Source: a virus (lineage: Duplodnaviria > Heunggongvirae > Uroviricota > Caudoviricetes). From it: DNA of 64,000 nt. This document shows, piece after piece, positions 38,202 through 47,200 of this stretch. The stretch lies in IMG/VR virus record IMGVR_UViG_3300042402_002792; one strand, given 5' to 3'. Numbering within the stretch: the stretch's first letter is position 1; each line of letters starts with the position of its first letter. The translations under genes and the position numbers were made by a program. The notes below the pieces were generated by a model. That model saw only the letters and a list, made by a program, of their open reading frames with translations, was not told where the DNA came from and made no database searches.

Positions 38202-40262
38202 ATGATGAAAAAAATCCTACTTAATCCATGGACCGCATTGGTCACATTATTTTTAGTTCTAGGTATTAGATTTATAGATCCTAGTTTTGTTGAATCAGTT
38301 AGACTACGTTACTTTGATCAACTTATTGTTAGTCAACCTACTAAAGAAGTTCCTATACATACAGTCAACATTGACGAAGCTACCTTAGACAAGTATGGAC
38401 AATGGCCTTTTCCTAGAGGACAGTATGCAGAGATTATAAAAGAATTATACAAGAGAGAAGCAGGCTTAGTTGTATTCAATGTATTGATGCCCGAAAAGGA
38501 TCGTTTTAACCAGGATCAAGCTCTAGCAAGAATCGTGCAAGATCTGCCTGTGGTCCTGCCTGCAATAGGCAGCACGAAGTCCAAAAATACAGATCACGGT
38601 AGTCCTATTCAAATCGTAGGACAAGACCCAGCTGGCAAAGTAGTAGAATATCCTGGACTAATTACCAGTGTAGACGTTATTGCAGAAAAGGCCGCAGGCG
38701 TAGGCATTGTAAATACCTTTCCCGAAATTGACGGTGTTGTTCGTCGTATGCCTTTGGTTATTGCCGCAGGTGAGAACATACACCCTGCACTTAGCTTAGA
38801 AACTATACGTGTGGCAGCACAGGATAAAATACAAGTCAAAATTGGAGACACGGGTGTTGAAGCTGTGCGTGTGCCTAAAGTAGGTCGTATTAATACTGAT
38901 AATCTTAGTCGCATTTGGATTGACTGGGCAGGTAAACCTACAGAGCATAGCCTTGCTGATTTACCAAAATCATTTAATGGTGGTATAGTTATTGTTGGTC
39001 TTAGTGCAGCAGGTCTAGCTAATCCTATTGCTACAGCAGCTGGCGAAGTTTGGCCTCACTACCTACAAGGTGCTGTTATAGGCACTATGATGACACAGAC
39101 TAATATACAACGTCCCGGTAATGCAGACTTATATGAACTGTTATCTATATTGATAGCTGGTGTTGTGTTAATATTTTTAATGAGGTGGACCTATGCCGGT
39201 ATCGCTGCAACTGTGGTTACGATTGGTGCTGTCATTGGCGGCAGTATGTTTGCTTACAGCAATTTTTTATTCTTATACGATAGTACTGCCTTTACAGTTG
39301 GCGTTGGCATGGTCGCTTTGCATGCCTACATGGTAAAGTTTGTTTCAGAGTTCTTACAAAAACAACAGATTAGAAAACAGTTCCAAAGTTATCTATCACC
39401 AGACTTAGTTGCCAAACTAATTAAAGATCCTAGTTTACTAAAACTAGGTGGAGAAGAAAAAGAACTCAGTATCATGTTTACTGATGTTCGTGGCTTTACT
39501 TCAATTTCAGAACACTATGGTCGAGACGTTCAAGGACTGACTAGTATCATGAATCGTTACATGACTGCCATGACACGTACAATTTTAGAAACAGGCGGTA
39601 CATTGGACAAGTACATTGGTGATGCACAGATGGCTTTCTGGAATGCACCGTTAGATGAAAAAAAACACTGCAAGGATGCGGTAGAAGCTGGTTTACAAAT
39701 GTTAGGGAGTTTAGATGCGTTTAATGCAAGTATTAAGGACGAGGGTGTTCCACCCTTTGGCATGGGCATTGGTATTAACACTGGCGTTGTTGTTGTCGGT
39801 AACATGGGCAGTGAGCAACGTTTTGATTATACTTGTCTTGGCGATGCTGTCAATCTTTCATCCAGACTTGAAGGACAAAGTAAGAACTATGGTGTCCTCA
39901 TGGTTCTTGGTCCCGTAACTGCTGAACGAGTAGCCGGTGATTATTTTACACTAGAGTTAGATTGCATTGCTGTTAAAGGTAAAAAAGAAGGTGTAAACAT
40001 ATTCACAGTATTTTACAATCCTAAATCAGCAGATGAATTAGCAGAATGGAATCACAACCGTGAAATACACGATCTAATGTTAGAATATTACCGTAAACAA
40101 CAATGGGATAAAGCTGTAGCTCTTATCACAGAAGTATTAAAAGGATCATTTAACGGCGGTATGGATCATTACTATGATCTATGGTTAGAACGTATTGAAG
40201 AAATGCAAGCAGCCAATTTACCTGCAGACTGGGATGGTGTGTTTAGGGCCACAAGCAAATGA
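38202..40262 (+). CDS. CHASE2-domain class III adenylate cyclase
   Basis: CHASE2 (QWPFPR, DGVVRRMPL), TMs, FTDVRGFT, DKYIGDA, YTCLGDAVNLSSRLE. Confidence 0.93.
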   Translation: MMKKILLNPWTALVTLFLVLGIRFIDPSFVESVRLRYFDQLIVSQPTKEVPIHTVNIDEATLDKYGQWPFPRGQYAEIIKELYKREAGLVVFNVLMPEKDRFNQDQALARIVQDLPVVLPAIGSTKSKNTDHGSPIQIVGQDPAGKVVEYPGLITSVDVIAEKAAGVGIVNTFPEIDGVVRRMPLVIAAGENIHPALSLETIRVAAQDKIQVKIGDTGVEAVRVPKVGRINTDNLSRIWIDWAGKPTEHSLADLPKSFNGGIVIVGLSAAGLANPIATAAGEVWPHYLQGAVIGTMMTQTNIQRPGNADLYELLSILIAGVVLIFLMRWTYAGIAATVVTIGAVIGGSMFAYSNFLFLYDSTAFTVGVGMVALHAYMVKFVSEFLQKQQIRKQFQSYLSPDLVAKLIKDPSLLKLGGEEKELSIMFTDVRGFTSISEHYGRDVQGLTSIMNRYMTAMTRTILETGGTLDKYIGDAQMAFWNAPLDEKKHCKDAVEAGLQMLGSLDAFNASIKDEGVPPFGMGIGINTGVVVVGNMGSEQRFDYTCLGDAVNLSSRLEGQSKNYGVLMVLGPVTAERVAGDYFTLELDCIAVKGKKEGVNIFTVFYNPKSADELAEWNHNREIHDLMLEYYRKQQWDKAVALITEVLKGSFNGGMDHYYDLWLERIEEMQAANLPADWDGVFRATSK

Positions 40263-40426
40263 TAAATCCATATGTTCTATGGGTTGATTATCAAGTGTGG
40301 TTAATGCTACAAATGAAGTTTATGATGCCTGCATACATGATTGCTAAAAATGATGATATGCAGGAGTTTATGAAACAGTTTAGTTTAAACGGTATCAAGT
40401 CTTCTAATCTTTGCAAGCCCGACTAA
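40259..40426 (+). CDS. Possible small protein (55 aa)
   Basis: Read manually; ATGA coupling to the cyclase stop; overlaps the desaturase end by 42 nt. Confidence 0.35.
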   Translation: MINPYVLWVDYQVWLMLQMKFMMPAYMIAKNDDMQEFMKQFSLNGIKSSNLCKPD

Positions 40427-41101
40427 TTCAAATAACTTAAACCACATCCATCCTATGTCAAATTCAAACCGGCGTCTGCTAAGTTTAGGATTTGCAGGAT
40501 CTAAGTGATGATTATTATGTAGTTCTTCACCGCCTATAAGGACACCCCAAGGACTTATATTGCGACTATGGTCTTTAGTTTCTCCATTGCGATATCCCCA
40601 CCAATGAGCAAGACCGTTGATGACCCCAGCAGCCCAGAATGGAATCCATAGCATTTGAACACCCCACACTATAAAGCCCCATGGTCCAAATAATAATAAG
40701 TCTATGACTAGCATTAGAAGAATACCAAGGCGACTATGTGGAGTGTACAAATTCTTTTCAATCCAATCGTCCGGAGTTCCTACTCCGTATTGTTGAATCA
40801 TTGCTGTGTCTTTACTTGCTGTATGATATAATACAGCTCCTTTAAATAAAACAGTCCATACTCCAAATACATGCGGAGTATGGGGATCGCCTTCAACATC
40901 GCTAAATCTATGATGCTTACGATGTATAGCTACCCATTGTTTGGTAATTTGGCCTGTAGTAAGCCATAACCAAAAACGTATGAAGTGTTCTAATATTGGG
41001 TGGAATATGATTCCTCTATGTGCTTGTCCTCTATGTAAAAATAAAGTAACACATACAATTGTGATATGAGTCACAATTAAAGTATATAATATGGTTAACA
41101 T
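40385..41101 (-). CDS. Fatty acid desaturase (delta-9-like)
   Basis: His boxes HRGQAH, HRKHH, HNNHH. Confidence 0.93.
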   Translation of the reverse strand: MLTILYTLIVTHITIVCVTLFLHRGQAHRGIIFHPILEHFIRFWLWLTTGQITKQWVAIHRKHHRFSDVEGDPHTPHVFGVWTVLFKGAVLYHTASKDTAMIQQYGVGTPDDWIEKNLYTPHSRLGILLMLVIDLLLFGPWGFIVWGVQMLWIPFWAAGVINGLAHWWGYRNGETKDHSRNISPWGVLIGGEELHNNHHLDPANPKLSRRRFEFDIGWMWFKLFELVGLAKIRRLDTV

Positions 41102-41108
41102 TAAGTAT

Positions 41109-41492
41109 TTAATCGTCGCCTGCTGCGTCTTTGACTTCTTGTGGCGTTGCTTTACGCCCTTTTGGCCCGCCTATTGCTTTAGCAGCGTCTTCATCACGTT
41201 TCTTTTTAAACGGATCTATGTTAATTTCTTGTTCAGCAATGATACGCTCTTTGTCAATGGTCTTACCACGTAACTGTAGTACAACTTCAACTTTTTGATT
41301 CAATCTTATAAGGTCGTTGTCCAACATACGAATGCGATCAATAAGAGCAATAAGAGTTCCATTTGCTTGTCCTATAACAGGTTTGATAACAGTAGTCACC
41401 CATTTCCAAACAAAATAGATAAAGTAACCCATGCCAGCTGCTGACACAATTGGGAAACCGTACTTGTTAATTAGGTCTGCTATATTATCCAT
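41109..41492 (-). CDS. Small membrane protein (YvrJ/holin-like), paralog A
   Basis: NKYGFPIVSAAGMGYFIYF plus coiled coil. Confidence 0.7.
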   Translation of the reverse strand: MDNIADLINKYGFPIVSAAGMGYFIYFVWKWVTTVIKPVIGQANGTLIALIDRIRMLDNDLIRLNQKVEVVLQLRGKTIDKERIIAEQEINIDPFKKKRDEDAAKAIGGPKGRKATPQEVKDAAGDD

Positions 41493-41671
41493 TATTTGTA
41501 TCCCTTGACAAACTTAACTACAGGGTCAACTTTTTCTAATATTATTTGTCCATTAATATTCTTAATTTCAAAGTGATCGCCTGCTTTCCATTCTAGCTTA
41601 TCAATATTAAGTTCCTGATCAAGTATAATTTTATCTTTATGAAGATCCCAGTTGTAATCAACGTATTTCAT
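41492..41671 (-). CDS. Small AbrB/MazE-like swapped-hairpin protein (59 aa)
   Basis: Read manually: ...IDKLEWKAGDHFEIKNINGQIILEKV; TAATG coupling at both ends. Confidence 0.55.
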   Translation of the reverse strand: MKYVDYNWDLHKDKIILDQELNIDKLEWKAGDHFEIKNINGQIILEKVDPVVKFVKGYK

Positions 41672-41949
41672 TAATCTCGCCTTTGATCAGTTTGTTCTGC
41701 ACGACTAATCCTATAGTAGTCGGGCTGTAGTCCTAATGCATGACTGATCTTTACGTCTACACGCTGTAGATCGTTAGTCATTGTATCTACACGGGCATCT
41801 AGGCCCTTAATAATACCAGCCATTCCGTTTACACTAGATGTTACACCGTCTAGAATAAACTTTAGTGTTAAAAACACAAAATAACCAGCTGCTAGTGCAG
41901 CCGCAATGGGAAACCCCACATCTGCTACTAGTTTAAAAAACTCACCCAT
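41671..41949 (-). CDS. Small membrane protein (YvrJ/holin-like), paralog B
   Basis: ADVGFPIAAALAAGYFVF plus coiled coil. Confidence 0.7.
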   Translation of the reverse strand: MGEFFKLVADVGFPIAAALAAGYFVFLTLKFILDGVTSSVNGMAGIIKGLDARVDTMTNDLQRVDVKISHALGLQPDYYRISRAEQTDQRRD

Positions 41950-41987
41950 AGTTGTCGCTCCTACTATAACTATTTATAAATATCATT

Positions 41988-42083
41988 ATGAAGTATTTGT
42001 TGTGGACTGTTATTGTTTTTATTGTTGGTTATGCTATCTATTGGATTATGGATTGGCAAAGTAAACACGAAGACGGCGAATAA
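41988..42083 (+). CDS. Single-TM micro-protein (31 aa)
   Basis: MKYLLWTVIVFIVGYAIYWIMDWQSKHEDGE after TAAATA. Confidence 0.5.
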   Translation: MKYLLWTVIVFIVGYAIYWIMDWQSKHEDGE

Positions 42084-42087
42084 CTAC

Positions 42088-42116
42088 TTGACAACAACTA
42101 AAAATTAGTGTATATT
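42088..42116 (+). promoter_or_regulatory. Sigma70 promoter of tmRNA
   Basis: TTGACA-17-TATATT. Confidence 0.8.
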
Positions 42117-42122
42117 GTAAGT

Positions 42123-42496
42123 TAAGACTGTATGAAGTAGATTGAAAAGGATTCAAGACGCGAGTTCGAATCTCGCCAGGTCCACCATAAAGTACATTAG
42201 CCAACACCCGACATACTGGGATAGTAAGATGGCATTGCCGCTAGTGTATTTTATAATGGGCCTGCTCCGGTAATCGATTGGGTCAAGAGTAATGAAATGG
42301 ACAGTCCGGCAATGTAGAAGCCGTTAGGGTTGGGGTTACCCGGCCGAAGAAGCAAAAAAAGTAAATGCAAAAGCAAATACATTCGAGTATTTCACAGTTG
42401 ACTTCGACATTACAGCAATGAATGACGAGCAATTCGAAATGGCGGCCTAAGAAACCGCAACTCCGGGGTAGGACTTACCTTGTAAAATAAACAACC
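42123..42496 (+). ncRNA. ssrA: Circularly permuted (two-piece) tmRNA
   Basis: T-arm plus CAGGTCC-A-CCA (ends 42187) lies upstream of the 5' strand GGGCCTG (42258); 7-bp acceptor stem with G3.U70; tag frame ends NDEQFEMAA-stop. Confidence 0.88.
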
Positions 42497-42522
42497 ATAG
42501 GACCTTCGGGTCCTATCTTTTT
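42497..42522 (+). terminator. Intrinsic terminator after tmRNA
   Basis: ATAGGACC-TTCG-GGTCCTAT-CTTTTT. Confidence 0.85.
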
Positions 42523-42553
42523 GGCTAAATTAATTAAATTATCGCCTCGAAGT

Positions 42554-42569
42554 TGTGCGTGTACGCACA
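42554..42569 (+). promoter_or_regulatory. CRP/FNR-like palindrome centred near -41.5
   Basis: TGTGC-GTGTAC-GCACA; TATAAT at 42591-42596 with no good -35. Confidence 0.5.
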
Positions 42570-42625
42570 TGTTTTATTTGATATTCTGTGTATAATTGTA
42601 GGTTCATATATTGAAAGGAAAAATT

Positions 42626-43522
42626 ATGACAACTACAATTACAATTAAAGACAAATCAGTAAATGCTACCTACCAAAATGTTACAGGCCTAACAGGCGGA
42701 ACTGGAACAGGTGCAGCTTTTGATGTTACTAAAACAGACGGAGTGTACTCTGTGGTTCTTGACAGCTTGGCCGCTAGTGCAGGATCTGGTTATGTTGCAG
42801 GCGACACAATCACGCTTGCTGGTACAGCATTAGGTGGCACTGTAGCTAACAACCTAATCGTTACCGTAGCCACAGTTGGTACATCTGGCAAAGTTGCTAC
42901 CTTTGGTGTAGTAGGTACGGGTCGTGCAGGTGACGGTACAGTTGACATTACCGTTGACGTTACTGGTACTACAGGCGTTGACACTTATACAATGGGTGGT
43001 AAGAGTACAGAATTTACAGTTACTAAAACTACTGACAAAGTAAACTTAGCAAGCACATTAGTTTCTAACATGGAATTTAATCTTGCTGATCATGAACGTG
43101 TAGTATTCACAGACAAAGCCATTGCTTATGATGCCGCAGGTCGTGCAGGTGATGTATATGCTTTATTAGCAGCCGCACTTGGCACAGCTGATGTAACCAA
43201 CGCATACAAAGGCATTGGTATTGACCTTGCTGACAAAGGTTGGACAAACAAACAATTGGCAGAAGCATTGTTAAACACAGACGTTTACAAAACAGATGCA
43301 GGTGGTGTTAGCAATGAAACATTCATCAAGCACGTTTACAAAAATGTGTTTGGCACAGATGCTACATTGACACAGGTCACAGACTATACAGCATGGATGA
43401 CCAACAGCAAGTTGAGTCAAGCTGACGTATTAGTTGCCGCCAGTGAGTTGGCAGCATTTGAAACTACTATTGGTTTAGTTGGGTTAGCAACAACTGGTAT
43501 TGAGTATACTCCTGTAGTATAA
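42626..43522 (+). CDS. S-layer/RTX-like protein with tail-fibre-type N-terminal module and DUF4214-like C-terminus
   Basis: NETFIKHVYKNVFG...LSQADVLVAASE; no signal peptide. Confidence 0.6.
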   Translation: MTTTITIKDKSVNATYQNVTGLTGGTGTGAAFDVTKTDGVYSVVLDSLAASAGSGYVAGDTITLAGTALGGTVANNLIVTVATVGTSGKVATFGVVGTGRAGDGTVDITVDVTGTTGVDTYTMGGKSTEFTVTKTTDKVNLASTLVSNMEFNLADHERVVFTDKAIAYDAAGRAGDVYALLAAALGTADVTNAYKGIGIDLADKGWTNKQLAEALLNTDVYKTDAGGVSNETFIKHVYKNVFGTDATLTQVTDYTAWMTNSKLSQADVLVAASELAAFETTIGLVGLATTGIEYTPVV

Positions 43523-43523
43523 T

Positions 43524-43547
43524 AAAAGGCACTTTGGTGCCTTTTTT
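43524..43547 (+). terminator. Intrinsic terminator
   Basis: AAAAGGCAC-TTTG-GTGCCTTTTTT. Confidence 0.85.
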
Positions 43548-43615
43548 GTTTGACTTCCTACTTACTAAACTATAAAATAGACGTATGACGCGAGTCATTT
43601 TTAAAGGAAATCAAA

Positions 43616-44158
43616 ATGAAAAAAATCTTAATCGCGACTGCAATTGCTTTGTCAGCGGCAAGTGCATCGGCTTTAGAAGTTGGCTTAACTGTTGGTACTA
43701 ATTATGCTAAAAACTCTGCCTCTCGTTCGCATGAACCTATTATCGGTCCTATGCAGTGGAGCAACGGCACAGATCGCACAGAGTATGGTATTACTATTGG
43801 TGAAAAATTTGGAAAAGCAGGCATTACTGCGGGATTTGCTCGCAGTAATGGCGGCACTCCGATCACCATCCCAACAGATGGTCCTTACAAAGATCAAGTA
43901 CAAGATCGTTACAGTCTAGTTGCTGGTTATGATGTTGCAAAAATTGCAACAGTTACAGTTACTCCAAAACTAGGTGTTGCATATTTGGACAATGCACGTG
44001 ATATAGATGGTTATGCAATAACAGTTGGTGTCGGAGCATCAGTTCCGGTTACTAAGCAGATTAGCTTGGCTGCAGACATTGCTCGACAGTATGGTCAAGA
44101 TCGTGTTAATCAGTTCAACGGTAATCGTGTTGCCGTTAGCGTTAACTACAAATTCTAA
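43616..44158 (+). CDS. Outer-membrane beta-barrel protein (OmpA-TM/Ail-like)
   Basis: Signal peptide ending ASA; amphipathic strands; C-terminal VNYKF; TTGACT-17-TAAAAT promoter. Confidence 0.85.
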   Translation: MKKILIATAIALSAASASALEVGLTVGTNYAKNSASRSHEPIIGPMQWSNGTDRTEYGITIGEKFGKAGITAGFARSNGGTPITIPTDGPYKDQVQDRYSLVAGYDVAKIATVTVTPKLGVAYLDNARDIDGYAITVGVGASVPVTKQISLAADIARQYGQDRVNQFNGNRVAVSVNYKF

Positions 44159-44172
44159 TTAATTTAGATCAC

Positions 44173-44198
44173 AAAAAAAGGGCTCTAAGAGCCCTTTT
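44173..44198. terminator. Bidirectional terminator between convergent genes
   Basis: AAAAAAAGGGCTC-TAA-GAGCCCTTTT. Confidence 0.85.
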
Positions 44199-44201
44199 CT
44201 T

Positions 44202-47200
44202 TTAGGCCTGTGCTTCGCCCCAACGTAAAATAACGTTAGCCGGTACAGCCACGCCAGCTACCTTGTATACGTTGATAGCTAGTACGTCGGGACCATTAGG
44301 GAATGTGCCTCGACCACCAATTGCTGTACTGGTCAATTCTTTAAGTTCTTCTAAACTCAATGTAGATGTTTCGCCTGGGTTAGATATAAAAGAAAATACT
44401 TGCTCTCCAGGTAGCGCATAGTTAGCACCAAATTCAAATGATACTGTGGCTGCTGCCGCAATTGATGCTGTTGCTGCCTGTGTAAATGTTACACGATATA
44501 CTGTTACAGCACCAAATGTTCTAGTTGAAATAGCTGTTACTGTTGTACCAGCAGGGAATTGAGTATAACTCGGTGCAATTTTTGTACCTATTATTGCTCC
44601 ACTAGCAGTCCATGAAGCACTGGTAAAGAACAAGTAGTTTGTATTAGCGTAACTTGCGGCACTACCGGAAGCAGTAACAGTGACAGTTTGATTATTACCT
44701 GAACCTGCAGGACTAGACGAGTTAGCATTGGCGCTCATAGTGATTCTAGTATATGTAACACTGCTAATAGTAATAAAGCTAGAAGTTATACCAGTGATAG
44801 TCTGACCGCCGGTTATAAAAGTAGCTATACTTAAAGTATCTCCTACAGCAATACCAGCACCTGATGCTTGAGCATTTGTAATTAAGAAATCGTTTCGTCC
44901 TGTACTCAATGCACTAGCATATCTAGCAGTAGCAGCAGACGTAGAAGTAATTGTTTGATTATTACCTGATCCGCTAGTGCTTGAAGCATTAGCAGCAGAA
45001 CTCATAACTACTCGAGCATAGGCTGTACCAGATACTGTAGCATAATTTTGTGTAATACTACTGATAGTTTGACCAGTGGTCAAAAATGTAGCCAAACTCA
45101 AAACGTCTGTAGTAGTAGCAGTTGTAGTCGAAGCTTGTGCTTGTGTAATTAAAAAGTCTGTACGAGCATTACTTAGTGCTGCACCATAAGTGGCTGCAAT
45201 ACTGCTGGTTACAGTAATTGTTTGATCTTGCCCTGGACCATTATTACTGTTACTGCTTGCTACGGTATTCATTACGATACGGCAATAAGTTTGTCCGCTA
45301 ATTGAAATGTAGTTATTGGTTACGCTAGATACTGATCTAGCAGGGTTTAAGAAACTAGCGTTAAAAACTGAATCTCCTGCTCTAATTGGAGTTGTTAAAC
45401 TGTTAACTGTAGATTGCAGTATTAAGAAATCTGTTCTATTAGTTTGTAAAGATCTAGCATATGTACTATTAGTAAATGTACTAAATGATGGAGCAACAAC
45501 ATTATAAGTTACTGCACTAAAACTAATAGCAGTTAATGACGTTGTTTGCGGCGCAAAACTGGTTGCTGTAAGAGTAGTTGTAAAAGCACCTTGAACAGTG
45601 GCAGTAGTTGTAGTAGTACCAGCTCCCCAACTAACAGAACCACCTGAAGCAATTTGTGCAAAACTAGGTTGACCCCCAGCGGCCTGACTGTTTAGTGTAG
45701 TCCATGTAATCTTTGTAGGATCTTCTGGATAATTAATCGGATTTAACACTCCTTCAACAACAATACCACCAGTACCAGTATCTGAAGTAACTGAAATTGA
45801 ACTTAGCAATAACTGTGCTCGATTTAACAATTCACGTTCACCTAGATCACCTGTTTGTGCGTTTGACACACTAGGTGCTAGTCGAATCAAGAAAGCTGTA
45901 GTCTTTGATGTACTTGCACTAAAACCTGTAGCAGCATAGTTAAAAATGTATCCACGATCCGAATCAAATTGTCCATCTAATAAGAACGCTGAACCCCAGT
46001 GGCTAATAATAGGAGTGATAGTATTTGAAACTAAGACCACACCAGTGTTTCGAGCATGAGTTACTGCTAATCCGCCGGTAAATGTACGTTGTGCTCCAGC
46101 AACAAACTGAGTCATTGTAGCACCTCTAGTACAACCAGTTAAATTGTTACCGTCATTGCCGGTATACCTAACCAGTTCACTATCGATCAATACTATACCT
46201 GAACTTGGGAAATATCTAGCTTCGTTTAACGGAATACTAGTAACACTGCCGTCAATATTGCTAGGCAGTTTTGTACGTGCTCCTTCGTTGACCACTTCGT
46301 AACGAACGGGCTGGTTACCAGTACGCATATAAGCTTCTGTGTTTACGTTACTATTTCTAAAACGATGTGCAAATACATAGTTACCATCGGGGCCACGTAG
46401 CATAAAGTCAATAAATCCAGCACCGTACCAAGTATGCTGAATACCGATCATCTGCATTTTACCGATGTCAATGTTATATCCACTAGGACCAGTACCGTTG
46501 CAAGGGTCGTTATTCCAGTCTTCTTGTGCTACCTTAAGATCAATAATTTTACATATCTTTACAGCAGCCGCATTACTAACTCCTCGATAATCGGGAGCCA
46601 TAGTCATTTGTGTATCACTAATAACTTCAGTAACTGTGTGTGTCATTCCTCGAATAACAATTTTGTCACCGCTGGCTAACTGCTGTGTGAATCTAGTATT
46701 AGAACCTGTGCATAAGTTACTATTAGCATTAACAGCAATTACTCCTGCTACTTGGAAAGTGCTAGATCTACGAACAGCATATAGTTTTTGACCATCGTAC
46801 TCATAAAACATACCGTTTTGATCGTCAAAAATACCTGCTCGAACAGTAGACCCGTGCCATTTTCTAATAGTCATTTGACAAGGACTATCTAGGTCTGGTG
46901 CTGTATTACCTAAGACAGTACTGGCTGATATTCTAAATGTTCTTTCATCTACAATGTCAATAACCTCGTATACTCCGTTGTATCCAGTAGTTAACACACC
47001 ACTGATAGTAACTTGAGCACCAACTTGACATCCGTGGTCTGTATCGTCTAAGTTTACTGTTATAGTACTGCCTATACTAGTTCCTGAAGAAGTGATATTT
47101 CTAATATCATAACTAGGAGCAAATAATGCACCTGTGTTATACATAACACCTTTACCAGACTGGTAACGAATGTATTTTTTACTCATACGTATAGCACTAG

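Noticed and set aside
5053-42984. Minus-strand ORFs inside + strand genes (nrdA, dnaK, cyclase etc.)
   Set aside because: Fully overlap well-supported genes; no motifs or RBS
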